From assembly GCA_905181635.1 (NCBI GenBank), contig CAJIYM010000004.1, positions 78,264 to 142,263 of the forward strand: a stretch of DNA of 64,000 bases, given 5' to 3'. Each line of letters starts with the position of its first letter. Positions within the stretch are counted from its first letter, which is position 1. The translations under genes and the position numbers were made by a program. Below the pieces are notes generated by a model. It made no database searches. It had not been told where the DNA came from and saw nothing but the letters and a program-made list of their open reading frames with translations. Source of the DNA: an uncultured Flavobacteriales bacterium. GTDB lineage: Bacteria; Bacteroidota; Bacteroidia; Flavobacteriales; BACL11. Shown one piece after another: positions 1 through 7,898 of this stretch.

Positions 1-588
1 TAAGCTTATCAAATACGAGTAAATAACTAATATATTATCAAATAATTCATATTGATAATATAATAATAAAAAAAATAAAACAGAAAATAACATCTTTGAT
101 GTTTGCTGAAAAAAAGCAAACTCCTTAATCATCTTGAGTCCTCTCAAAGTATTCTCATTAAGACAAATAATTGAAAAAAATGGTAAAATGAAAGCAACCA
201 ATCTAATTACACTACTCATCGAAGCATTATGCAATAAATTAAAAGCAATTAGATCAGAAAGATAAAAGAGTAGTACAGAGAAAAAAACAGAAATAATTAA
301 TAGTATTTTTACAGACGAAAAATAGATAAATTTAGCTTCCCCTAAATTTTCATTTGAAGCAGCAACAGATTTAAGTGCTAGTTTATCAATACCTAATCTA
401 GAAAAAATAGATGAGATATTTAATACTGCCAGAAACATTACATATTCTCCCCATGCGTCAGCTCCTAGATTTTTTGTAACTAACCATAATAAAAGATAAC
501 CAAATAAAGATCCTGATATTTTTAAGATGAAAGATGAAATACTCTTGCTAATAATCTCTTTATCAGAAAATAGTGAATTTATTTTCAA
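1..588 (-). CDS. Wzx-type (MOP superfamily) polysaccharide flippase, N-terminal part; gene runs off the left edge
   Basis: Absent from the ORF track because it has no stop inside the window. The reverse-strand frame is open from TTG 588..586 to position 1: (M)KINSLFSDKEIISKSISSFILKISGSLFGYLLLWLVTKNLGADAWGEYVMFLAVLNISSIFSRLGIDKLALKSVAAS... This is the usual N-terminal layout of polysaccharide-biosynthesis/Wzx flippases, with hydrophobic helices. It begins 12 nt after the stop of the upstream gene. Start codon uncertain. Confidence 0.6.
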   Translation of the reverse strand, partial: MKINSLFSDKEIISKSISSFILKISGSLFGYLLLWLVTKNLGADAWGEYVMFLAVLNISSIFSRLGIDKLALKSVAASNENLGEAKFIYFSSVKILLIISVFFSVLLFYLSDLIAFNLLHNASMSSVIRLVAFILPFFSIICLNENTLRGLKMIKEFAFFQQTSKMLFSVLFFLLLYYQYELFDNILVIYSYLISL

Positions 589-599
589 AATATTAATAA

Positions 600-1958
600 T
601 TATTCATCTAAAATAGATTTCAACTTAGTAGTTGAGATTCCCTTAGTTCTAGGAAAGTATACAACTTTACAAAATTTTTCTAATTCATCAAATTTTCCTT
701 CCCAGTCACTCCCCATTACAAAAACATCAACATTATTATCTTTAATATCATTAGCTTTCTGACCCCAACTATCTTCAGGAATCACTTTATCAACATAATC
801 TAACGATTCTAGCAACTCCTTTCTTTTCTGATAAGATAAAACAGAAGTCTTTCCTTTTAATTCATTAAAATCATCAGTTGAAATTCCAACTATTAGTTTG
901 TCACCCAGAAGACTAGCTCTTCTTAATATATCTAAATGACCATAATGTAATAGATCAAAAGTACCATAAGTTAAAATTGTTTTAAATTTAATATCTATAA
1001 GCTTATTAAACTCCAAAGAAAATATAGATGATTTACTATCGAAGAATGAATGTAATTTATTTAATAAAGGTAAATTATCTAAAATATGATTTAAAGGTAA
1101 ACTGTGAACTAAATTTACAGCATTTAAGCCTTCTAGTATTACAGAATTTGACTTATACTCTGAACTAAAAAAGCCTTTACCAATCAATAACCCCAAGGTT
1201 CTATTTCTACTCAAATCATTTAATGAAGTCATACATAAATCCCCAAAACCACAGGATAAAAACAAGGTATCATCAGCCCCTCCAAGTGATTTTAATAAAA
1301 TTCTAGTTTCCGAAAATGCTTTAGTCAAAATCATAAAACGTGTATTTGGTGAGTTATATTTTGCATCAACAACACCTAGAACCAATGCGTAAATATTTTT
1401 CAATACACTAAGTACTTCAACGCCTCTAATATCACTAGTACAATCTATGTGTAGAGAGGTGTTTTTAATAATTTTATTAATAACTTCATATTGGAGATTA
1501 GTTGAGTATCCTAAAGTCAATAGAGTATCAGCATGTTCCATTACCTCAACAGCAAATGAAGGCCCTTTAAGAGTTACAATATTCGTGATTCCTAACTTTT
1601 CTTGAATACACTCAACTACAGTTACTCCTTCGGAAAATAAGCCTTTTGACAAATTCACAAATAATGCCTCTTTATTAAAATAGGATTTAAGAACTAATAA
1701 ATTTTCAATTATAACATTAGATGGTAAAGCAATAAAAACAACATCCGATTTTTTAATTTCATTTTTATCTGAAGTAGCTGATAAAGATTTGGTTAAACGC
1801 TTATTTGGGAAACAGGATTTATTAGAGTGATAAGTGTTAATTTCATCAACTTTTTTCTGGCTTCTAGAAAACAAAACTACATTGTTTTCTGTATTTACTG
1901 AAAGCTCATTTGCTATTGCGGTTCCAAAGGCACCCCCTCCAAGTACTAAAATATTCAT
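600..1958 (-). CDS. Fusion protein: NAD(P)H-dependent glycerol-3-phosphate dehydrogenase (GpsA-like) + glycerol-3-phosphate cytidylyltransferase (TagD/TarD-like)
   Basis: N-terminal ~330 aa carry GGGAFGT, NLSKGL, GPSFAVEV, DIRGVEVLSVLKNIYALVLG and GFGDLCMTSLNDLSRNRTLG (GpsA pattern). C-terminal ~125 aa carry TYGTFDLLHYGHLDILRRA ... GSDWEGKF ... PRTKGISTT (HxGH and RTxGISTT cytidylyltransferase motifs). Single uninterrupted 452-aa ORF with ATG start. Confidence 0.85.
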   Translation of the reverse strand: MNILVLGGGAFGTAIANELSVNTENNVVLFSRSQKKVDEINTYHSNKSCFPNKRLTKSLSATSDKNEIKKSDVVFIALPSNVIIENLLVLKSYFNKEALFVNLSKGLFSEGVTVVECIQEKLGITNIVTLKGPSFAVEVMEHADTLLTLGYSTNLQYEVINKIIKNTSLHIDCTSDIRGVEVLSVLKNIYALVLGVVDAKYNSPNTRFMILTKAFSETRILLKSLGGADDTLFLSCGFGDLCMTSLNDLSRNRTLGLLIGKGFFSSEYKSNSVILEGLNAVNLVHSLPLNHILDNLPLLNKLHSFFDSKSSIFSLEFNKLIDIKFKTILTYGTFDLLHYGHLDILRRASLLGDKLIVGISTDDFNELKGKTSVLSYQKRKELLESLDYVDKVIPEDSWGQKANDIKDNNVDVFVMGSDWEGKFDELEKFCKVVYFPRTKGISTTKLKSILDE

Positions 1959-1977
1959 AAGGCAAATTTAGCAACTA

Positions 1978-3846
1978 TTATATCAATTCGGAAGTATAAC
2001 CATCAACATATTTCAACAGTAATTCCTTAACAATTACTTCATCTTGTTCTATTCTAGCTAATTTGATTACTTCAACACATGAAATCACATCTTCAAAAAA
2101 TAATTTAGATTCTCTTGCCTGCATAATTCTAGGATGTTCGGATTGGATAACATTATTCCCAATCAATAGTTCTTCAAATAATTTTTCCCCTGGACGTAAA
2201 CCTGTAAACTCAATATTTATATCTCCATCAGGATTTTCATTATCAATTGGAGTTAAACCACTTAAATGTATCATTTTATAAGCTAAATCAATAATCTTAA
2301 TAGGCTCACCCATATCCAAAACAAAAACATCTCCCCCTTTTGCCATTGCACCAGTTTGCAAAACTAATTGCACAGCCTCAGGAATTGTCATAAAATAACG
2401 AGAAATATTACGGTGAGTTACAGTTACCGGACCTCCATTCTTAATTTGTTTTCGGAATAGCGGCACAACTGAACCTGCAGAATCCAGCACATTGCCAAAC
2501 CTTACCATAGAGAAACAAGTACTACTCCTTTCAGAAAAAGCCTGCAAAACAAGTTCAGAAAAACGCTTTGACGCACCCATTACATTAGTTGGACGAACAG
2601 CCTTATCAGTAGAAACTAGCACCATACTATCTACATTTAACTCATCAGCAACTCTAGCTAAATTATAAGTTCCTATTATATTATTATATACTCCTGAAAT
2701 AATATTCATCTCAACCATAGGAACATGCTTATAAGCTGCAGCATGAAAAATTGTATTAATATTATGTTCGCTAATTATTTTCTTAAGCTGATAATAATTA
2801 GTTACAGTGCATAAAGATGGTATAACTTCAATATTTCTTAACATTGATGATAATTCCTGATGAATATTATATAAATTAAATTCAGAATTATCAATTAATA
2901 TAATCTTTTCAGGTGAAAGATTAATAATTTGTCTTGACAATTCAGAACCGATACTTCCACCAGCACCTGTAATTAAAATATTTTTCCCTTTTATATTTCT
3001 TTCAAGTAATTTTTGTTTAGGAGCAACTGGACTTCTACCTAAAATATCAGTAACTCCAACATGTCTAATGCTATCAATTGAAACTACACCATCAACTATA
3101 TTATCTATTGAAGGTAATACTTTAACTGCAATAGGGAATTTTGTAAGCTTCTTAAGTATTTGCCTCCTTTTTTTATGTGTTACTGAAGGCATTGCAAATA
3201 ACAAAACCTTGGCCGCTTTAATTTTAATTAATTCTTCGATTTTATCAAAAGGGAAAACCTCCAAGGAATTTAAAATAGTGCCTTGCCTTGATTTATCATC
3301 ATCAATAAATGCAATTGGCGCATAAACAGTGCTTTTCTTTAAATTCTCTAATATTTGTACACCAGCATTACCAGCACCATAAATTATAGTTTGTTTTCTA
3401 TCAATTACAAAGCTATTCCATGAATATAAATAACCTTTAAATAAAAACCTGGAGCTAATCACAAAAATATTTATAATAAACCAGAAAATGGGTAACACAG
3501 ACATTGGAAGTGATAGTTCAGTTTTTTCTGACAGTCTAAAAAACCATACGAAAAATCCGACTATTAGCAAAGATATTGTAGTCGCTTGAAAAGTGGTCGT
3601 GATTACTTTTATACCAATATATTGTAATACCGACCTGTAAAGACCTAGCCTAACAAATAATGGAATCATGAAGATAGGAATTAGTAAAAACATCCACCAT
3701 GATTCATAAAAATAACCCACCGGCCATGGATCGCCAATTCTTAAAACAAAGGCTAACCATATTGAAAATAGCAAAGTAATAACATCTACAAACATCATAA
3801 TAAATTGTTTGTAAATCCTCTCTAGATTTTGTAATCTAAGCTTCAT
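1978..3846 (-). CDS. Membrane-anchored nucleotide-sugar 4,6-dehydratase, CapD/PglF/WbpM family
   Basis: 622 aa. N-terminal TM helices, then GAGGSIGSEL Rossmann motif, AAAYKHVPMVE and VSTDKAVRPTNVMGASKR, typical of Polysacc_synt_2 dehydratases. Confidence 0.9.
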   Translation of the reverse strand: MKLRLQNLERIYKQFIMMFVDVITLLFSIWLAFVLRIGDPWPVGYFYESWWMFLLIPIFMIPLFVRLGLYRSVLQYIGIKVITTTFQATTISLLIVGFFVWFFRLSEKTELSLPMSVLPIFWFIINIFVISSRFLFKGYLYSWNSFVIDRKQTIIYGAGNAGVQILENLKKSTVYAPIAFIDDDKSRQGTILNSLEVFPFDKIEELIKIKAAKVLLFAMPSVTHKKRRQILKKLTKFPIAVKVLPSIDNIVDGVVSIDSIRHVGVTDILGRSPVAPKQKLLERNIKGKNILITGAGGSIGSELSRQIINLSPEKIILIDNSEFNLYNIHQELSSMLRNIEVIPSLCTVTNYYQLKKIISEHNINTIFHAAAYKHVPMVEMNIISGVYNNIIGTYNLARVADELNVDSMVLVSTDKAVRPTNVMGASKRFSELVLQAFSERSSTCFSMVRFGNVLDSAGSVVPLFRKQIKNGGPVTVTHRNISRYFMTIPEAVQLVLQTGAMAKGGDVFVLDMGEPIKIIDLAYKMIHLSGLTPIDNENPDGDINIEFTGLRPGEKLFEELLIGNNVIQSEHPRIMQARESKLFFEDVISCVEVIKLARIEQDEVIVKELLLKYVDGYTSELI

Positions 3847-4969
3847 ATAATTCCATTATCTTACTTACAACTCTTTTCAAATCTTCAATTGACATGTTAG
3901 TATCTGATGGCAAACATAACCCTCTATTAAATAAATCTTCCGAAACACCATTCAAATAAGATTTACATTCTTTAAAAACAGGCTGTAAATGCATTGGTTT
4001 CCAAAGTGGTCTGCTTTCAATATTATCTTTTTCCAAATGTAAACGCAACTGTTCTCTATCTATTGCTGAATTTTCAGATAAAAGAATAGTAGTTAACCAA
4101 AAATTAGAATAACTACCCTCGCTGTCCTCTAAAAAACTAATTCCTTTAACACAAGATAATTGCTCTTTGTAAAATGAGTTAATTGCTCTCTTTTGGAGTA
4201 TTCTTTCTTCTAAAACTTCTAATTGCCCAAGACCTATTGCTGCGCAAACATTACTCATTCTATAATTATATCCTATTTCAGAATGCTCATAATGAGGTTT
4301 ATCTTCTCGGGCCTGGGTAGCTAAAAATTTTGCTTTTTCAATCATAACAGCATCTTCACAAATCAAAGCTCCACCAACTGAAGTTGTGATGATTTTATTA
4401 CCGTTAAATGAAAAAACGCCAAAGGCCCCAAAGGTACCTAGAGGTTTATTTTTAAAAGTTGATCCAAGAGCCTCAGCAGCATCCTCAATGACAGCAATAT
4501 CATACTTCTGAGCAATTTTCATTATTTCATCCATTTTAGCAGGCATTCCATAAAGATGGACTAACATAATTGCCTTTGGCTTTTCATTATCCAGAATACA
4601 ATTCTCAATTGCTTTTTCTAGTAAGACTGGACACATATTCCAACTAACAATATCACTATCAATAAAGACAGGGTTTGCTCCTAAATATAAAATTGGGTTA
4701 GCTGATGCTGAAAAAGTAAATGAGGAACATAATACTATATCTCCTTTCTTTACACCTAATAAAATTAATGCTAAATGCAAAGAAGCAGTACCACTACTAA
4801 GCGCAGCCACCTCAAAACCAGCAGAAAGATTAGACAGTTTCATCTCAAACTTAGAAATATGAGGGCCAACAGGAGCAATCCAATTTGTATCAAAAGCATT
4901 ACCTACATGCTTCAGCTCATCACCACCCATGTTAGGAGAAGATAGCCATATTTTTTTCTTATTAGTCAA
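3836..4969 (-). CDS. DegT/DnrJ/EryC1/StrS-family PLP aminotransferase (PglE-like, nucleotide-4-keto-6-deoxy-sugar aminotransferase)
   Basis: KKKIWLSSPNMGGDELKHVGNAFDTNWIAPVGPHISKFE start pattern and SFNGNKIITTSVGGAL (PLP lysine). The ORF-track start at 5047 (TTG) would overlap the upstream gene by 77 nt. TTG at 4969..4967 gives MTNKKKIWLSSP..., directly after the upstream stop (4971..4973), and is the more likely start. Confidence 0.88.
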   Translation of the reverse strand: MTNKKKIWLSSPNMGGDELKHVGNAFDTNWIAPVGPHISKFEMKLSNLSAGFEVAALSSGTASLHLALILLGVKKGDIVLCSSFTFSASANPILYLGANPVFIDSDIVSWNMCPVLLEKAIENCILDNEKPKAIMLVHLYGMPAKMDEIMKIAQKYDIAVIEDAAEALGSTFKNKPLGTFGAFGVFSFNGNKIITTSVGGALICEDAVMIEKAKFLATQAREDKPHYEHSEIGYNYRMSNVCAAIGLGQLEVLEERILQKRAINSFYKEQLSCVKGISFLEDSEGSYSNFWLTTILLSENSAIDREQLRLHLEKDNIESRPLWKPMHLQPVFKECKSYLNGVSEDLFNRGLCLPSDTNMSIEDLKRVVSKIMELYEA

Positions 4970-4970
4970 A

Positions 4971-5558
4971 TCAATAACGAATTTTAAATATTGTGGCAAA
5001 TATAATTTTAATGTCAATCCAAAGGTTATTATTATAGTAATAATCAAGATTTAATCTAACTTTATCAGGGTAAATTTCTTCATCATTAAATTTAAGTGGA
5101 TTATCCTGTAGTGCTAAAATATCCTCTTCATTATAATATTTTAAGCTAGCAACTCCAGTAATACCAGGGCGTAACTCAAGTATTTTTCTATCTAAACCTT
5201 TTAAATTATCTGCATAACCACAAACATCAGGCCTAGGTCCAACAAAACTCATATCACCCATTAATACGTTCCATAACTCAGGAAGTTCATCTAATTTATA
5301 CTTTCGTAAAAAAACACCAATTTTTGTAATCCTTATATCATCTTTAACAGAAATAGTACTATTTGAAATTTGATCTACAATCATAGATCTAAATTTTACC
5401 ATTCGAAATATCTTACCGTTTTTACCTATTCTTTCTTGAATAAAAAAAACTGAACCTTCAGAACATATCTTAACTAAAAGAGATAAGATAATAAAAATAG
5501 GAGACAAAATTATTAGTCCAATTAATGATGTAATAAAATCAAATAGTCTTTTCATCAT
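4971..5558 (-). CDS. Small monotopic phosphoglycosyl transferase (bacterial sugar transferase, PglC/WbaP C-terminal-domain type), initiating enzyme
   Basis: 195 aa. MKRLFDFITSLIGLIILSPIFIILSLLV helix, KFRSM, FVGPRPDV, RPGITGVASL. Confidence 0.9.
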   Translation of the reverse strand: MMKRLFDFITSLIGLIILSPIFIILSLLVKICSEGSVFFIQERIGKNGKIFRMVKFRSMIVDQISNSTISVKDDIRITKIGVFLRKYKLDELPELWNVLMGDMSFVGPRPDVCGYADNLKGLDRKILELRPGITGVASLKYYNEEDILALQDNPLKFNDEEIYPDKVRLNLDYYYNNNLWIDIKIIFATIFKIRY

Positions 5559-6304
5559 ATTCGTTTTGTAACTGCATTAAAAGCATAATTTAAGAAACAC
5601 CAAATACTATAAAAAAAAGATAGCTTTTCAAATTGACGATATACTCTCCAAACGTCCTTTGCTGCATCCAATTTATCAGAAGTGTTAGAAGTTGAAACAA
5701 CCCTATAGTTTGCCAAATTTTCATTTAAACCATATGCATCAAACCCTCTTTTCATTATTAACAACCATAAGGCCATATCATGAGATGATCTAATACTTGG
5801 CATTTCAAAATCACCAACCTTTTCTTTATCAATAACAACCGTCAAACACCCAATAATGGTATTTTTAAGGTAATTTTTATAAGTCATCTTAAAAGGAGCC
5901 TTGATAACACCTATAATATCCAATCCATTTTCTGAAATGGATTGGTATGATGTATATGAAAATGCGATTTCATTTTTAATCATAAACGAGATTTGTTTAT
6001 CTAATTTTTGAGAATCCCAAGAATCATCCGAGTCTAAAAATGCTATATACTTTCCTTTAGCATTTAGAATCGCAACATTTCTAGCATTTGCAGCTCCAAT
6101 GTTATGATCCAAGAATATTACTTTGATTCGCTCATCCTTTTTATCAATTTTAAGAAGAAATTCTTTAGAATTATCACCTGAACAATCATCAACTATTAAT
6201 AACTCCCAATTACAATAAGATTGTAATAAAACAGAATTCACACACTCATCAATAAATTTTGAAGAATTAAAATAAGGAGTTATTATAGAAACCAAATCAC
6301 TCAT
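5555..6304 (-). CDS. Family-2 glycosyltransferase
   Basis: VSIITPYFNSSKFIDECVNSVLLQSYCNWELLIVDDCSGDNS and the FLDSDD (DxD) motif. Confidence 0.88.
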   Translation of the reverse strand: MSDLVSIITPYFNSSKFIDECVNSVLLQSYCNWELLIVDDCSGDNSKEFLLKIDKKDERIKVIFLDHNIGAANARNVAILNAKGKYIAFLDSDDSWDSQKLDKQISFMIKNEIAFSYTSYQSISENGLDIIGVIKAPFKMTYKNYLKNTIIGCLTVVIDKEKVGDFEMPSIRSSHDMALWLLIMKRGFDAYGLNENLANYRVVSTSNTSDKLDAAKDVWRVYRQFEKLSFFYSIWCFLNYAFNAVTKRI

Positions 6305-7092
6305 TAAAAACCAAATTTTCTTCTTAGAGTAAAAATGAAAAAATATCCAATTACAACATACAGTGGTGGGTCTAACTGAATAACTCTATTTATTAACTTT
6401 AAGTCACTGTCAATAAAATACTGTTTCCAATCTCCAATATTTCCCTTTCTAAATAATTTATGACTCTCAACACCCAACTCGGGATAATACTTATTACCTC
6501 CCTCTAATGCTACAGTCTTCATTTTACTTAATGAAGTATTTTCTTTAATCTTCAAAATTTCAGAAGTAGAAATTTTAGAAACACCTAGAATCAAACATAA
6601 TTTATTTACTGAATCAATGAAATCAGATTTTAACATCTCAAAAGAAAAAAATAAATTTGAATCAAAATTATTTTTGTACCTAGAATTGCATAAGCATATC
6701 TCATAAGCTTTAAATACACCAATAAATTTGAAATAACTATTAAAGCCTAACCCTTTATTCCTGTAATTATTGAAATGATGAAAATGTGATACTATTGCAT
6801 CTTTGACATTTCTAGTGATAAATATAAATCTAACATCAGTTGAATATTTTTCAATCATTACTTTATTACTAAAATAGTGAGCTTTAGTAATATAATTAAA
6901 CTTTTTAAAATCTTCATTCTTCAAAAAATTAGGTAGGTTATTTTCTAAAATTCTAGTTGGAGACTTAATATCCGGATTATAATTAATGGGAATTACATCA
7001 ATTTTAATGTCTTTAATTCTAAATATTTCTAATACAATCGCATGAATCCATGAAGAGCCAGACTTAAAAGTACCATTACAGATTACTAACAT
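6304..7092 (-). CDS. PAPS-dependent sulfotransferase (Sulfotransfer_1-like) with hydrophobic C-terminal tail
   Basis: 5'-PSB-like FKSGSSW near the N-terminus, 3'-PB-like RFIFITRNVKDAIVSHFHHF, and C-terminal FRKGNIGDWKQYF (RKGxxGDWKxxF signature). Last ~20 aa are hydrophobic (YVVIGYFFIFTL). Confidence 0.8.
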   Translation of the reverse strand: MLVICNGTFKSGSSWIHAIVLEIFRIKDIKIDVIPINYNPDIKSPTRILENNLPNFLKNEDFKKFNYITKAHYFSNKVMIEKYSTDVRFIFITRNVKDAIVSHFHHFNNYRNKGLGFNSYFKFIGVFKAYEICLCNSRYKNNFDSNLFFSFEMLKSDFIDSVNKLCLILGVSKISTSEILKIKENTSLSKMKTVALEGGNKYYPELGVESHKLFRKGNIGDWKQYFIDSDLKLINRVIQLDPPLYVVIGYFFIFTLRRKFGF

Positions 7093-7898
7093 AATAATTC
7101 GTTTTTACAATTTTTTCTAATTTTCTCTTGCAATAGAATTGAATTTATGTTTCTAAAAAAAGAAAAATTAAAAACTGACAAGAGATTTCGAAAAGGAAAC
7201 AGACAACTTACTAGTAAACCAAAAAAAGGTTGATATCTAACATGTAAATAGCAATATGCTTTGCGAAATTTAAATTTATGCATTAAGAAATTCTGAACAT
7301 TTGTTTGATGAGAAATGCATCTTGTGCCATCAGTAACGTATTTTAATTCTTTATCATTTAAATAATAATTATTCATAGTATAAAATAACGCATAAAACGG
7401 ATATTTCTTAGCATAAATTGGTAAAATCTTGATCGTTGAATAATCGCAACAATCATCAAAAACTCTATTTTGAGCAAAACCAATAAGAGAATTATTGTTG
7501 TAGACTCCCCAATAATCAAAAGAAGGGAGCAAATCAGCATTAAATTGCTTTAAACTTTTAATTTTATTTTTAGAGTTATAAAGCAAAGATGCTGTTTTAT
7601 AGATAACATATGAATTATTTAACATTTCATCAACACTAATCCTTCTAATTTCAAAATTCTTCAGACCTTTAAAAATTTGATTTCTAGTATTAGAACTATA
7701 GTCACTAAGATCCATCTTTCTGTCCAGAATCAAATACCAAAAATCCAATTTTTTATTGCAATCAAAATTTGTTACCCAGCGTGCAAGAAAAGCATTTCTT
7801 TTTTTTAGCTCCACACTTAGATTTTGAGTGAGAACTTCATCATGAGGTGCTTTTGCAGAAACTAATACTCCTTGATATTTTCTCCACTGACTAATCAT
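7086..7898 (-). CDS. Hypothetical protein; tentative GNAT/FemAB-like (Acetyltransf_6-type) acyl- or aminoacyl-transferase
   Basis: 270 aa, no TM segment. Weak by-eye resemblance only: NTRNQIFKGLKNFEIRRIS, SLIGFAQNRVF, FLMHKFKFRKA recall FemAB-like GNAT proteins found in glycan loci. Coupled by overlaps to both neighbours. Confidence 0.35.
   Translation of the reverse strand: MISQWRKYQGVLVSAKAPHDEVLTQNLSVELKKRNAFLARWVTNFDCNKKLDFWYLILDRKMDLSDYSSNTRNQIFKGLKNFEIRRISVDEMLNNSYVIYKTASLLYNSKNKIKSLKQFNADLLPSFDYWGVYNNNSLIGFAQNRVFDDCCDYSTIKILPIYAKKYPFYALFYTMNNYYLNDKELKYVTDGTRCISHQTNVQNFLMHKFKFRKAYCYLHVRYQPFFGLLVSCLFPFRNLLSVFNFSFFRNINSILLQEKIRKNCKNELLC

Noticed and set aside
4970-5047. ORF-track 5' extensions: aminotransferase to 5047, murD to 36204, gldB to 45482, murG N-terminus to 33728, hypothetical protein to 24143, lnt to 48235.
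   Set aside because: The track reports the longest ATG/GTG/TTG-initiated frame. The extensions overlap upstream genes or precede canonical N-termini or signal peptides, so downstream starts were preferred. These are not evidence of overlapping genes.
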